64,000 nucleotides of DNA from NCBI GenBank assembly GCA_028718605.1, contig JAQULM010000002.1, positions 65,776-129,775 on the forward strand, read 5' to 3'. Source of the DNA: Patescibacteria group bacterium. GTDB lineage: Bacteria; Patescibacteriota; Patescibacteriia; UBA10025; JAHIVO01. Shown here one piece after another: positions 30,769 through 39,438 of the stretch (position 1 is its first letter; each line of letters begins with the position of its first letter). Below the pieces are notes generated by a model. It was not told the origin of the DNA, ran no database searches, and saw nothing but the letters and a program-made list of their open reading frames with translations. The translations under genes were made by a program, and so were the position numbers.

Positions 30769-32298
30769 CTACCCGGCGATGCTTTCCTTCGCCGTTACAC
30801 GGACAATTTTGAAGATCCGGCGCTTACGGAGCGCTTCAAGCGCAAGATCAATGCGGTCCTGGCTCTGGGCGTAGAGCGTGTACAGCCGTTCGCCCTTCCG
30901 GATCCGCTGATTGACATGCTTATTGATATAAATGCCAGCTAGTTTTTCGTGCGGTGCTCCGAGTATGCGTGCAACCTGGTCGATCATTTCATCGTCAACC
31001 TCCAGTACCTTGCCGTTGTACGGAGCATAGCAGCGGCTGCGCATTGCTGCCATGGTCAAATCCTCGGAGTCAACGTCGGGATTGCCTCCTTGGGCTGTAA
31101 TGATTTCTTGCATCTTTTTCCATGCTTTACCGGACGAGAGCGCCTCAACCGCCATCATATGGCCTTTCCCCGGCTTCGCTTTGCCGGCTAATTCCAGAAG
31201 TTTCGCTGCCAATCGGACGCTCTTTTTCTGCAAATCAGACGGCCGGTAGTCTTTCTGCTGGAGTACCCGGAGAACGTCCCGTGCTTCCAGCGCAGGCCCG
31301 ATCCCGCGGCCGACAGGTTCGCTTGTTTCGGTCAGCACAACCTCAATCTTGATCCCGAATCGCTTCGCGAGGTACTCGAAATGGGTTTTCACGGAAATGG
31401 CGCGTTCACGAGTCGGCACTTTCACGTTTGTACCGTACGGCAAATCAACAACAAGGTGCGTGACGCCCATCGCAATTTTTTTTGCCATGATCGAGACAAC
31501 CATTTTATCGAGAGGCTCGAGGCGGAGCGAATGCTGAACCCGGATAATGTAATCATCCGCAGGCGCGAGCCGGAAACTGCCGCCCCAAATAAGGCAGCAA
31601 TTAATCTTCTTGATAATCTGTTGGACCTGATCGAGTGGTATGGAAACGTTGGCAAGCACCTCCATCGTATCCGCAGTTCCGGCCGGCGAGGTGATGGCCC
31701 GCGATGATGTTTTTGGTATGACAACGCCGAGGGATGCCACGATCGGAACCACGACCATCGTCGTGCGGTTACCGGCAACGCCACCAACTGAATGCTTGTC
31801 AGCGATTACTTTGCCGGGGAACTTGAGCGTCTCGCCCGTTTCGGCCATCGCCTTGGTCATGAAGTACAATTCATTATCGGAAAACTCTTTCACAAAACTC
31901 GACGCAACGAAGTACGTCGTCTCAACCTTGCCGAGCTTATGGTGGACGATGTCTGAAATGATAGAGCGCATTTCTTGGTACGACAGCTCTTCCCCCAAAA
32001 GCTTTTTCCGTATTGCCTCGATGGAGGGCGGCCGTGACAGTACGCGTAAAGAAACCGGTTCATCGTGCCGAACCTTCCGGTATTTCCAGATCTCCTTGAA
32101 AAAACCGATTTGCCCCGGCCTCACTTTAGAACGGGTATAGTACGCGATGACGGTTGCACGATTATTTTTCCAACGGATCTCCAAAAGGTCTCCCATCACG
32201 ATGCCAAATGAGCGCGCTTCATCCTCCTGCAAAACGACGACCCATGGCTGGCCGCCGGAAGAGAAATCAAGCTTACGCGCTCGTAAAAAAAATGGCAT
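30769..32298 (-). CDS. AMP phosphorylase (archaeal-type, thymidine phosphorylase family with N-terminal extension)
   Basis: 509 aa against ~440 for thymidine phosphorylase. It has an extra ~85-aa N-domain, then a glycosyltransferase-family-3 core (HSVGGVAGN, TSSRAITSPAGTADTME) and a C-terminal domain, which is the AMPpase architecture. Confidence 0.65.
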   Translation of the reverse strand: MPFFLRARKLDFSSGGQPWVVVLQEDEARSFGIVMGDLLEIRWKNNRATVIAYYTRSKVRPGQIGFFKEIWKYRKVRHDEPVSLRVLSRPPSIEAIRKKLLGEELSYQEMRSIISDIVHHKLGKVETTYFVASSFVKEFSDNELYFMTKAMAETGETLKFPGKVIADKHSVGGVAGNRTTMVVVPIVASLGVVIPKTSSRAITSPAGTADTMEVLANVSIPLDQVQQIIKKINCCLIWGGSFRLAPADDYIIRVQHSLRLEPLDKMVVSIMAKKIAMGVTHLVVDLPYGTNVKVPTRERAISVKTHFEYLAKRFGIKIEVVLTETSEPVGRGIGPALEARDVLRVLQQKDYRPSDLQKKSVRLAAKLLELAGKAKPGKGHMMAVEALSSGKAWKKMQEIITAQGGNPDVDSEDLTMAAMRSRCYAPYNGKVLEVDDEMIDQVARILGAPHEKLAGIYINKHVNQRIRKGERLYTLYAQSQDRIDLALEALRKRRIFKIVRVTAKESIAG

Positions 32299-32322
32299 AG
32301 TGATGCCGGGGAGAATAATGTG

Positions 32323-33246
32323 TTAAATTTTATTTCTCTTCCGCGAAACGGTGATGATTAAAATGATAGTTGCGGCAAGAAAAATAAAAACGAGCACCCA
32401 TCCAATAGGGTGCTCAGCGAACGGCAAGCCTTTGACGTTCATACCGTAGATGCTCGCGACCAGGGTCATGGGAAGCAATGCAACGGAGATAACGGTCAGT
32501 GTTTTGATTACCTCGTTTGTTTTTTGGTTGATCAGGGACTCATTGGTATCATACAGGCCGTCAACCGTATCACGATAACTTTCGAGCGCTGACCAGATAT
32601 TCTCGAGGTAGTCATGCACGTCATCAAAATACACAGAAAGTTTATCGGAGATAAGGGAACTTTTGATATGGACGATCTTGTCGACCATCCGGATCTGTGG
32701 CTCAAGAATCCGGCGGAGTGTCAGAATATTCCGCCGAATAATGGCCAAGTCAGCAGTTGCCTCCTTATTTCGGTGGGTAAACACTTCCTCCTCAACGTCT
32801 GGGATGTAGTGCCCGATTTCATTGACGATCGGCAAGCTCTTCCGATACCGGAGGTCCAGTATTTTATACAGCAGGTACGAGGCGCTGTTTTTCATCGAAT
32901 CATAGGTGACGGCGCTGCGCTTTTTACTGCGGAAATGGGTGAAGTAGCTGTCGAGAATCTCGTCTGGCTCTGACGTGAGGGTGATAAGGAAATTTTTACC
33001 GACAAAAACATTAAGCGTAGTAGCCGAAACTCTCCGCGTTTCCTGGTTAAACAGCGGAAAATGGAAAATCATAAAAAGGTAGCTTGCGTAGATATCAAGC
33101 TTTGGTCGCTGCACGCCTTCACGGCAATCTCGGATGTCCAGCTGGTGGAATCGAAATCGCTGCTCAAGGTAATCCAAGTCTTCTTCCCGGATTCCGCTGA
33201 TATGGATCCACTCGAGGCGAAAAATTTGTGCCGTTTTCACAGCCAT
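32323..33246 (-). CDS. corA: CorA-family magnesium/cobalt transporter
   Basis: C-terminal two TM helices with the YGMN motif (IYGMNVKGLPF) and a long cytoplasmic N-domain. Confidence 0.85.
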   Translation of the reverse strand: MAVKTAQIFRLEWIHISGIREEDLDYLEQRFRFHQLDIRDCREGVQRPKLDIYASYLFMIFHFPLFNQETRRVSATTLNVFVGKNFLITLTSEPDEILDSYFTHFRSKKRSAVTYDSMKNSASYLLYKILDLRYRKSLPIVNEIGHYIPDVEEEVFTHRNKEATADLAIIRRNILTLRRILEPQIRMVDKIVHIKSSLISDKLSVYFDDVHDYLENIWSALESYRDTVDGLYDTNESLINQKTNEVIKTLTVISVALLPMTLVASIYGMNVKGLPFAEHPIGWVLVFIFLAATIILIITVSRKRNKI

Positions 33247-33287
33247 ACGAACCGTCCTCTCCTAATATTCGCTCATCTGTACCACTC

Positions 33288-33296
33288 AGTATATCA
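33288..33296 (-). promoter_or_regulatory. Extended -10 promoter element (TGA-TATACT) upstream of corA
   Basis: On the minus strand TGATATACT sits ~40 nt upstream of the corA ATG, followed by a GGAGAGGA Shine-Dalgarno. No -35 box at the proper spacing. Confidence 0.3.
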
Positions 33297-33397
33297 CATT
33301 TCAACTTAAAAATAAAGGCCGAGAACGGTACCCGCATCAGGTATGCCAGAGGATGGCAAACCAGCGAGGCAGAATGTTTCCCGCCGCCCACCATTGA

Positions 33398-33661
33398 TTA
33401 CTCCCCGCGTACTGCCCGATTGATGTCTTTCAGCAGGGACTCGAGGGGAATCCCGTGTACCGCCGCACCAGCTTCAAGCGATTCATACGGAGAGACCATA
33501 CAACCGATGCAGTGAAAACCATAGTGCAATAGTACCTGCTCAGTCTCCGGATGCTTCCGTATAAGATCGCCAATCAGGATATCTTTCGTAATGCTTACGC
33601 GATTCGTTGCTTTTCGGCGACGTTCATGCTGCCGCGCGTGTATCTTTTTTGATCGTTTCAT
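33398..33661 (-). CDS. DUF1858-like small redox protein (CxxC) with a basic N-terminal extension
   Basis: ITKDILIGDLIRKHPETEQVLLHYGFHCIGC...ESLEAGAAVHGI resembles the hybrid-cluster-protein-associated DUF1858 family; the N-terminal 20 aa are Arg/Lys-rich. Confidence 0.45.
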   Translation of the reverse strand: MKRSKKIHARQHERRRKATNRVSITKDILIGDLIRKHPETEQVLLHYGFHCIGCMVSPYESLEAGAAVHGIPLESLLKDINRAVRGE

Positions 33662-33766
33662 ATGCTACGAATGAAATTATACCTGTACTGTACGGGATAC
33701 GATTGTACTCGTCAAATAGCGTAAAAACGCTCATTGTTCGCAAACGGGCAGCAATGATCCGTGTCA

Positions 33767-34516
33767 TTATTCAATCAGCAGAAACAGCGCCATCACCCCG
33801 ACGCCGGCAAGGAATGCAATAAGCTGAATAATCGACTTCCGCAGCTCAGTTTCCTTTTTAAGTTCGGGGATTAAATCAGCCGATGCGATATATACAAATC
33901 CGCCGATCGTAAACGCAACCAGCACGTCCTGGAAGCCTTGCAATGATATACCGATGCTGAGTACTACTAGCGCGCCGACAATCGCCAAACACGCGGAAAG
34001 GAAATTATAGAGGAGCGCTTTTCGCTTAGTCAAGCCTGCGTGAATCAAGATGCCGAAATCGCCCATCTCCTGGGGAATTTCATGGAGGAGCACTGCGACA
34101 GTGGTCGTAAAGCCGAGGTGCGGATTTACCAGATACGCGGCCGCGATGACCATACCGTCAATAAAATTATGCAGCCCATCGCCGATAAAATTGCTCACTG
34201 CGACGGGATGCGGATGGTCCTGGGACGTCACGACATGGCAGTGGCGCCAGTGGATTATCTTCTCAAGAACAAAAAACATGGTGATCCCGAACAGGATCCA
34301 AAATGCAAGCATACGTGTATCGGGCAGCGCTTCTGCCGCTTCCGGCAACAAATGCAGCAACGCACCGCCGAGGAGAGAACCAGCTGCGAAACTGACGAGT
34401 ATGAGCAACAGCTTCCGCAGCCGCTCATCACTGAACGAAAGCGTAACAACCCCGATCAGCGAAACGACACTGATTGCTAAAACGCTTAACAATGTATAAC
34501 TCCACTCGACAAACAT
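33767..34516 (-). CDS. ZIP-family divalent metal (Zn/Fe) transporter (ZupT-like)
   Basis: Eight TM helices, HxxxE metal-binding motifs in TM4/TM5 (HNFIDGMVIAAAY, HEIPQEMGDFGILIHAG). Confidence 0.8.
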   Translation of the reverse strand: MFVEWSYTLLSVLAISVVSLIGVVTLSFSDERLRKLLLILVSFAAGSLLGGALLHLLPEAAEALPDTRMLAFWILFGITMFFVLEKIIHWRHCHVVTSQDHPHPVAVSNFIGDGLHNFIDGMVIAAAYLVNPHLGFTTTVAVLLHEIPQEMGDFGILIHAGLTKRKALLYNFLSACLAIVGALVVLSIGISLQGFQDVLVAFTIGGFVYIASADLIPELKKETELRKSIIQLIAFLAGVGVMALFLLIE

Positions 34517-34593
34517 ATTTCGAGAAGCTTTAGTATTTCTGGGCAGCTAAATTATACCAGATCACCCCAGTCGCTCCAAATAATTGGGCAAAT

Positions 34594-34627
34594 TAAAAAA
34601 AGCCGCACGTTTTCATGCGGCCTTTTT
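34594..34627. terminator. Bidirectional intrinsic terminator (A7-hairpin-T5)
   Basis: AAAAAAAGCCGCACGTTTTCATGCGGCCTTTTT has a 6-bp GC stem flanked by an A-tract and a T-tract. It is downstream of the minus-strand DUF378 gene. Confidence 0.6.
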
Positions 34628-34652
34628 CAGTCGCCGATGGATTCGACCAACC

Positions 34653-34883
34653 TTACGCACTTGCCATCACGGCAGAGCGTTCCGGTGAACGCATCGGTAA
34701 AACGACAATGCTATATGCTGCTGCAATTCCGACAACTGAGTATATAATCCGCGAGAGAGCTGCACCGCCGCCAAATACCGCTGCTACGAGATCGAAATTA
34801 AAAATTCCGACTAAACCCCAGTTCAACCCGCCCACAACGAGTACTACCAGCATCACCCAATCAATCGTGTTTAACTTTTTCAT
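34653..34883 (-). CDS. DUF378 small membrane protein
   Basis: IDWVMLVVLVVGGLNWGLVGIFNFDLVAAVFG is the hallmark DUF378 motif; 76 aa with two TM helices. Confidence 0.7.
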   Translation of the reverse strand: MKKLNTIDWVMLVVLVVGGLNWGLVGIFNFDLVAAVFGGGAALSRIIYSVVGIAAAYSIVVLPMRSPERSAVMASA

Positions 34884-34957
34884 AGCGTATGTATCCTTGA
34901 ATGTTATTACTATATATCGACCTTGTTCATTTTGAGAATAAGTGATATACTTAAATC

Positions 34958-35842
34958 ATGCAAAACGTGCATTTTACACCACCACAACTCGCCCCCCTTT
35001 TTGGGGTCAATGTTTCCACCATCAAGCGGTGGGTTAATCAGGGCTACCTGAAAGCTGAGATTACACCTGGTGGCCACCGACGCATTTCTCGCGAACAGCT
35101 GACCGAATTCATTGAGGTGCACCCAAAGTATGCGAAAAACTCTTACGTCCTCCGTCGGCTGAAACAACACTCAAACTGCCCGAACAATGATTGCTGGAAA
35201 CGGTACTACCGCTTCTTGCTGGATAACAACTCGACGGAAGCAGCGCAGCTCCTCGATAAGCTGTACCTCAGCGGATCCCCAATTCTCGATATTCTCTCGA
35301 AAGTAATCACACCGACGATGCGCTATATCGCGGACCAGTGGACATCTGAAAAAATTTCCGTCTACGAAGAGCACCGGATGAGTTTCATGATGCGGAGCCA
35401 TATTCTCCACCTGGAGCAGTACGTTCCCGATACTGCTGATGACAAGTCCGCCACTGCCCTCCTCGCATGTGCACCGGGTGAATTCCATGAGCTCCCCCTC
35501 GAACTCATCGCTCTCGTTCTTAAAATCAACGGATGGAGAACCCACATTCTCGGCATCAATATCAGCATCGGTGAATTGATCAAGGCAGCGCGAAAAATCC
35601 ATCCGAAATTTATTAGTATTACCAAAACATACGCCACGAACGAATCCGAGGCGTACTTCAAGAAGCTATTTTCCTTCGCGGAAGAAAATAACATCTGCGT
35701 TGCCATGGGTGGTGCAGCATGGCAAAAGAGTATTGCAAAAAAAAGCATCAAAATGCCTTCCTGTGTGCGCTTTTTCCCTGCATTGAAACTCTTTAGCGAA
35801 CACCTCGCGAACTACAAACGAAAAGGTACGATTCCAAAATAA
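34958..35842 (+). CDS. CarH/LitR-like MerR-family regulator with a cobalamin-binding light-sensor module
   Basis: N-terminal MerR HTH (LAPLFGVNVSTIKRWVNQGYL). A B12-binding-2 helical bundle carries the Wx9EEH photochemistry motif (QWTSEKISVYEEH). The Rossmann B12-binding domain has an ExHExx-type motif (APGEFHELPL) and a GG motif (VAMGGAAW). Confidence 0.6.
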   Translation: MQNVHFTPPQLAPLFGVNVSTIKRWVNQGYLKAEITPGGHRRISREQLTEFIEVHPKYAKNSYVLRRLKQHSNCPNNDCWKRYYRFLLDNNSTEAAQLLDKLYLSGSPILDILSKVITPTMRYIADQWTSEKISVYEEHRMSFMMRSHILHLEQYVPDTADDKSATALLACAPGEFHELPLELIALVLKINGWRTHILGINISIGELIKAARKIHPKFISITKTYATNESEAYFKKLFSFAEENNICVAMGGAAWQKSIAKKSIKMPSCVRFFPALKLFSEHLANYKRKGTIPK

Positions 35843-35868
35843 TAATACAGTTTTTCTCTATAAAACTT

Positions 35869-35900
35869 CAAGGGGTATTATCCAAACATCCCTTGCTTTT
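35869..35900. terminator. Hairpin terminator between convergent genes (CAAGGG...CCCTTG followed by CTTTT)
   Basis: 6-bp stem, 15-nt loop, T-run on the plus side; lies between the CarH-like (+) and GH-FG-GAP (-) stops. Confidence 0.45.
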
Positions 35901-35911
35901 ACGCGAGAACT

Positions 35912-38638
35912 CTACACATCCCCCGGCTCGATGATCCTCACGTTGGGTCCGCCGTTTGAGCGGGGCATGACGAGGATCTCGTCCTCGCCGTCATCGTCAA
36001 TGTCGCCACCGGCGACCATGACGCCGCCCAGGTAGTTGGTGCCGAACGCAAAGAACTCCTGCTGGAGCTCCTCGCGGATGTTGTACCGGCGGACAAGGGG
36101 TGTTGCATTGTCGCCAACACCCACAATGAGCTCTTTCTCACCATTGCCATCCGTATCCACACCGGCAACCTGCACGCCGCCGCGGTAATCGATGTTGAAA
36201 GCATAGAAGCCGGGTGATAAGCGCTTTACCTCATTGGGCCGAATCTTGAATATCTGGACATGGGGAGCGCCCCACTGAGGGCCAGTCACAATCTCGTCCT
36301 TGCCGTCCCCGTCCATATCAATGGTGGTAACGTTAATCCCCCCACGGAAATTAGGGTCGTATGCCATGAAATTGGTGAGTACTTTACCGTTCTGGTTGTA
36401 CACGAGCACATGGGGGCCGCCGCCCTGGCGTGCGGCGACGACAATCTCCTGGATGCCGTCGCCGTCGGTATCGCCGCAGGAGAGGTTAACGCCACCCGTG
36501 TACTTGCCGTCCAGTACATAAAATTCGTCTGCTAACTGGGTACCGTACGCATTAAAAATGCGGACCAGCGGCCAGCCGCCCTTGCCCTGGGCCGTGACGA
36601 TCTCATCGTGGCCGTCTGCGTTTACGTCGCAGGCTGACACGGTGACGCCATTGCGCAAACCCTGGTCATACGCAAAAAACTGGGACCTCTTGTTGCCATT
36701 GGAATCAAATACCTGTACATGGGGACCCATGCCGTCACCAGTACCCGTAATGATCTCTTCCCTGGCATTCCCTATGACGTTCCCGGAAGATATCTGGTAC
36801 CCACCCCGGATGGTTTGGGCGTAGGCGAAAAACGAGGTGCCGGAGGCGACGGGGGCGGTGTATTGATTTGAACCTGAAGAACCCGCCTGAAACGTGAGAT
36901 ACCAATTCCACGATGGCTTAGGGGAAAAATCCGTTTTCAGGAGACCGAAATCGTTCTCATATGGATCACCAGTATCACGGTCTATAACATTGAACAGCAA
37001 AACCTTTTCTACTTTACCAGTCGAAAGTAGGTACGGCACTGCTGCCTGAAAATACTGGTTCTGGAAATCTTCGCTGTAATTTGAATATGTCGAACATCCA
37101 AGTTCGGTGATCCAAATTTTATCCGAAGGCCGATACTGATTTACGACAGCGAGCGCATTAGCGAAGTCGCGCTGCAGCGCGCTCAGATTGCCGCTCGATT
37201 TGTACTGGTCGCAGTAGTACACATGGAACGCGGGTGCGTCGAAGTAGTTTCCTGCTTGCTGGTACAAACCTTCGAGAAAGGATGCATTCGGCGACGAAAT
37301 CGGCGCATTGAGAACCAATGCGTCTGGATCAACCGCTTTCACTGCTTCATACCCGGCTTTTAAGTACGGAATATACGCCGCGACCGTATTCGGCGAGAAA
37401 TACTTTTCCAGATCTGGCTCGTTCCACATTTCCCACACTTTAATATAGTCCTTGTGTTCCGTGACGACCTCGGTAACAAATTCACTCCACTCAGTAAGAC
37501 CGGGTAGCGCATCAACTCCGCTTCCAAGCATGCCGACGATATTGATATCGTTCCCCCGATAGAAATTTCGTACTGTTTCATACCGTTCTGGCGTACCTGC
37601 TTGGCTGTACCAGGTAATATCGAATCGCTCACGTACCCAACGAGTACCTGATTCTTTCAGTTTTTCTATCATCAACGAATCAAATCCAGCGCCGCTCGAC
37701 AGCGCCAGATGGACATTAAGCCCGACTGTATCCTTTGAAACCAAGCGCGTATTGACCCCATTAAGCAGGGAACTGATCGATTGCGATTCGTTTGCATCGG
37801 GAACCTCAACATACCCCTCCTCGTTGGTATGCTCACCATTAACGTAATAATCTGCCGATATAATCGTGCCCTCGCCAACTGTAATCGTGAACGTCCGCAA
37901 CAGCTTCGTGAGATCAACCGGAATGGGATACTGCGATTCTTCGCACGTTTCATAATCATCATATAACCAAACGGTATACGCCCCCGTTTCCCGATACAAC
38001 CAGTACCCCTGATAGGTCATCACCTGGTCGTCGTACGTTGGTGTTTCACCGGTTTTCGCCATGACCATGCGAACATTCGCATGTCTGATACCATTATCCT
38101 CAATAATTCTACCTGATATATTAGGCTCCTGGAAATATACGTCTCCGACATTGACCGTCTTTGTGTTTGGCACGACACCAAGATCAATCCTTGCCGGCGA
38201 ACTCTGCCGCTGATAGACGCCCTCAGCGTCCTTCAATAAAATTTTATCATCCTTATTGAAATTGAGGTACACATGGTATGTATCCGGATCATACTCGTCA
38301 ACATCGTTATCCGTATACCAATCCGTACCATACCCATCAAAATATTGCGAGAAACTTTGCCAGTCCCAGGACCGTATCTGAAATGTACCGTCGGCGCTGT
38401 CGATATTTTGTTGTCCGATTACTATTTGTTGACTGGAAATATTATTATCCGGCCCAACAACCAATCGGAGAGTAACTCCACCCGTTACAGGGGTTCCGTC
38501 ATAACCATACAGCGTACCGGAAACGGTGATCCGCGGAAGCGTTGATTCAGTGACGGCATCCATGGCATGCGGACCGAATAACATGAAGATGCCCATAACG
38601 AACGCAATGCTGATAATGACGTAGATGCGTATTTTCAT
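35912..38638 (-). CDS. Secreted multidomain protein: signal peptide, N-terminal beta-rich region, clan GH-A glycoside hydrolase domain, C-terminal seven-bladed FG-GAP/VCBS beta-propeller
   Basis: Signal peptide MKIRIYVIISIAFVMGIFMLFGPHA. GH-A acid/base motif WEMWNEPD and nucleophile motif IWITELG. The C-terminal ~330 aa carry repeated FxAYD..RGG..V...D.DGDG.DEIV units (FG-GAP). Confidence 0.7.
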   Translation of the reverse strand: MKIRIYVIISIAFVMGIFMLFGPHAMDAVTESTLPRITVSGTLYGYDGTPVTGGVTLRLVVGPDNNISSQQIVIGQQNIDSADGTFQIRSWDWQSFSQYFDGYGTDWYTDNDVDEYDPDTYHVYLNFNKDDKILLKDAEGVYQRQSSPARIDLGVVPNTKTVNVGDVYFQEPNISGRIIEDNGIRHANVRMVMAKTGETPTYDDQVMTYQGYWLYRETGAYTVWLYDDYETCEESQYPIPVDLTKLLRTFTITVGEGTIISADYYVNGEHTNEEGYVEVPDANESQSISSLLNGVNTRLVSKDTVGLNVHLALSSGAGFDSLMIEKLKESGTRWVRERFDITWYSQAGTPERYETVRNFYRGNDINIVGMLGSGVDALPGLTEWSEFVTEVVTEHKDYIKVWEMWNEPDLEKYFSPNTVAAYIPYLKAGYEAVKAVDPDALVLNAPISSPNASFLEGLYQQAGNYFDAPAFHVYYCDQYKSSGNLSALQRDFANALAVVNQYRPSDKIWITELGCSTYSNYSEDFQNQYFQAAVPYLLSTGKVEKVLLFNVIDRDTGDPYENDFGLLKTDFSPKPSWNWYLTFQAGSSGSNQYTAPVASGTSFFAYAQTIRGGYQISSGNVIGNAREEIITGTGDGMGPHVQVFDSNGNKRSQFFAYDQGLRNGVTVSACDVNADGHDEIVTAQGKGGWPLVRIFNAYGTQLADEFYVLDGKYTGGVNLSCGDTDGDGIQEIVVAARQGGGPHVLVYNQNGKVLTNFMAYDPNFRGGINVTTIDMDGDGKDEIVTGPQWGAPHVQIFKIRPNEVKRLSPGFYAFNIDYRGGVQVAGVDTDGNGEKELIVGVGDNATPLVRRYNIREELQQEFFAFGTNYLGGVMVAGGDIDDDGEDEILVMPRSNGGPNVRIIEPGDV

Positions 38639-38656
38639 TTTTCTTGGAATTATTAT

Positions 38657-38716
38657 TTACTCATCCCCCGCCTCAATGATACTTACGTTGGAATCGTTGC
38701 AATCCCTTGAACTCCT
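38657..38716 (-). pseudogene. Decayed remnant of the C-terminal end of a third FG-GAP-propeller gene
   Basis: The minus-strand translation ...LRSSRDCNDSNVSIIEAGDE* aligns with the C-termini of both flanking paralogs (RSNGGPNVRIIEPGDV*, RSSGGPQVRVIEAGSM*), ending at the same position relative to the stop. No upstream ORF continues it. Confidence 0.45.
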
Positions 38717-38893
38717 CAGATGTATATACATAAAACCAACATGTAATTGAAACACGTTGTGCGCTCCCAAGTTAAGGAGTAGGTTTCTCATAGTCGGTGC
38801 TTTGTGGTTTTTATTTTTCTACTATAACTATAGCACAAAAATGCCTCCTTGGCAAGAAGTTATACGGATAAAAAATTATTCGAAAAAAATTTC

Positions 38894-39418
38894 CTACGAA
38901 CTCGCTGATGCTTCGATCACTACAAAAACACCAGGCTCGCTGTCGCTGATGTCAACACGTACAGTCCGGCTGTCCTTTTCCCCCCGTACAATCGTATTGT
39001 TTTGAACGCCCGCTTCGACTGATACCGACCAGCCGTCCGCACTTAGATTCTGTTCGTATTGAGATTGTGCGGTTTGCCGATCCGCGAGAGACTGAATCGT
39101 TACAACATATCCTCGATCCCCCGACGGTTCCTCATATGCTGTCACGGTGCCGTCAATGAGAAATATATCCTCGGGGAAATTCGCAAGTAATTCCGGCCGA
39201 TTACGCGTCAGCGAAGAATCAGCAGGTGGCTCCGGGGCCGGCAGGCCTTCGCGGCTATTTGTTGCACGCACGTTATTTGAATTATTCGTTCCCTCGTGGC
39301 GGGCGCGCCCAATAGCGAACAAGATGACCACGATTGCAATCAGAACCAGTGGAATAATGATGAACGCTCGACGTTTTGTTGTGCCGCTATCAGCCATACG
39401 CATCAACGTAATACCCAT
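38894..39418 (-). CDS. Membrane-anchored hypothetical protein (N-terminal TM, extracytoplasmic domain)
   Basis: One TM helix (AFIIIPLVLIAIVVILFAIG), a low-complexity linker, then a ~100-aa beta-rich region; no known domain. It sits between the two FG-GAP paralogs. Confidence 0.45.
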   Translation of the reverse strand: MGITLMRMADSGTTKRRAFIIIPLVLIAIVVILFAIGRARHEGTNNSNNVRATNSREGLPAPEPPADSSLTRNRPELLANFPEDIFLIDGTVTAYEEPSGDRGYVVTIQSLADRQTAQSQYEQNLSADGWSVSVEAGVQNNTIVRGEKDSRTVRVDISDSEPGVFVVIEASASS

Positions 39419-39438
39419 AGTATAGCATACTCGAAACG

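Noticed and set aside
35938-36824. Several 70-90-aa ORFs on both strands within the FG-GAP propeller coding region
   Set aside because: They are nested in a well-supported 908-aa secreted protein gene. Repetitive GC-rich repeats generate spurious open frames.
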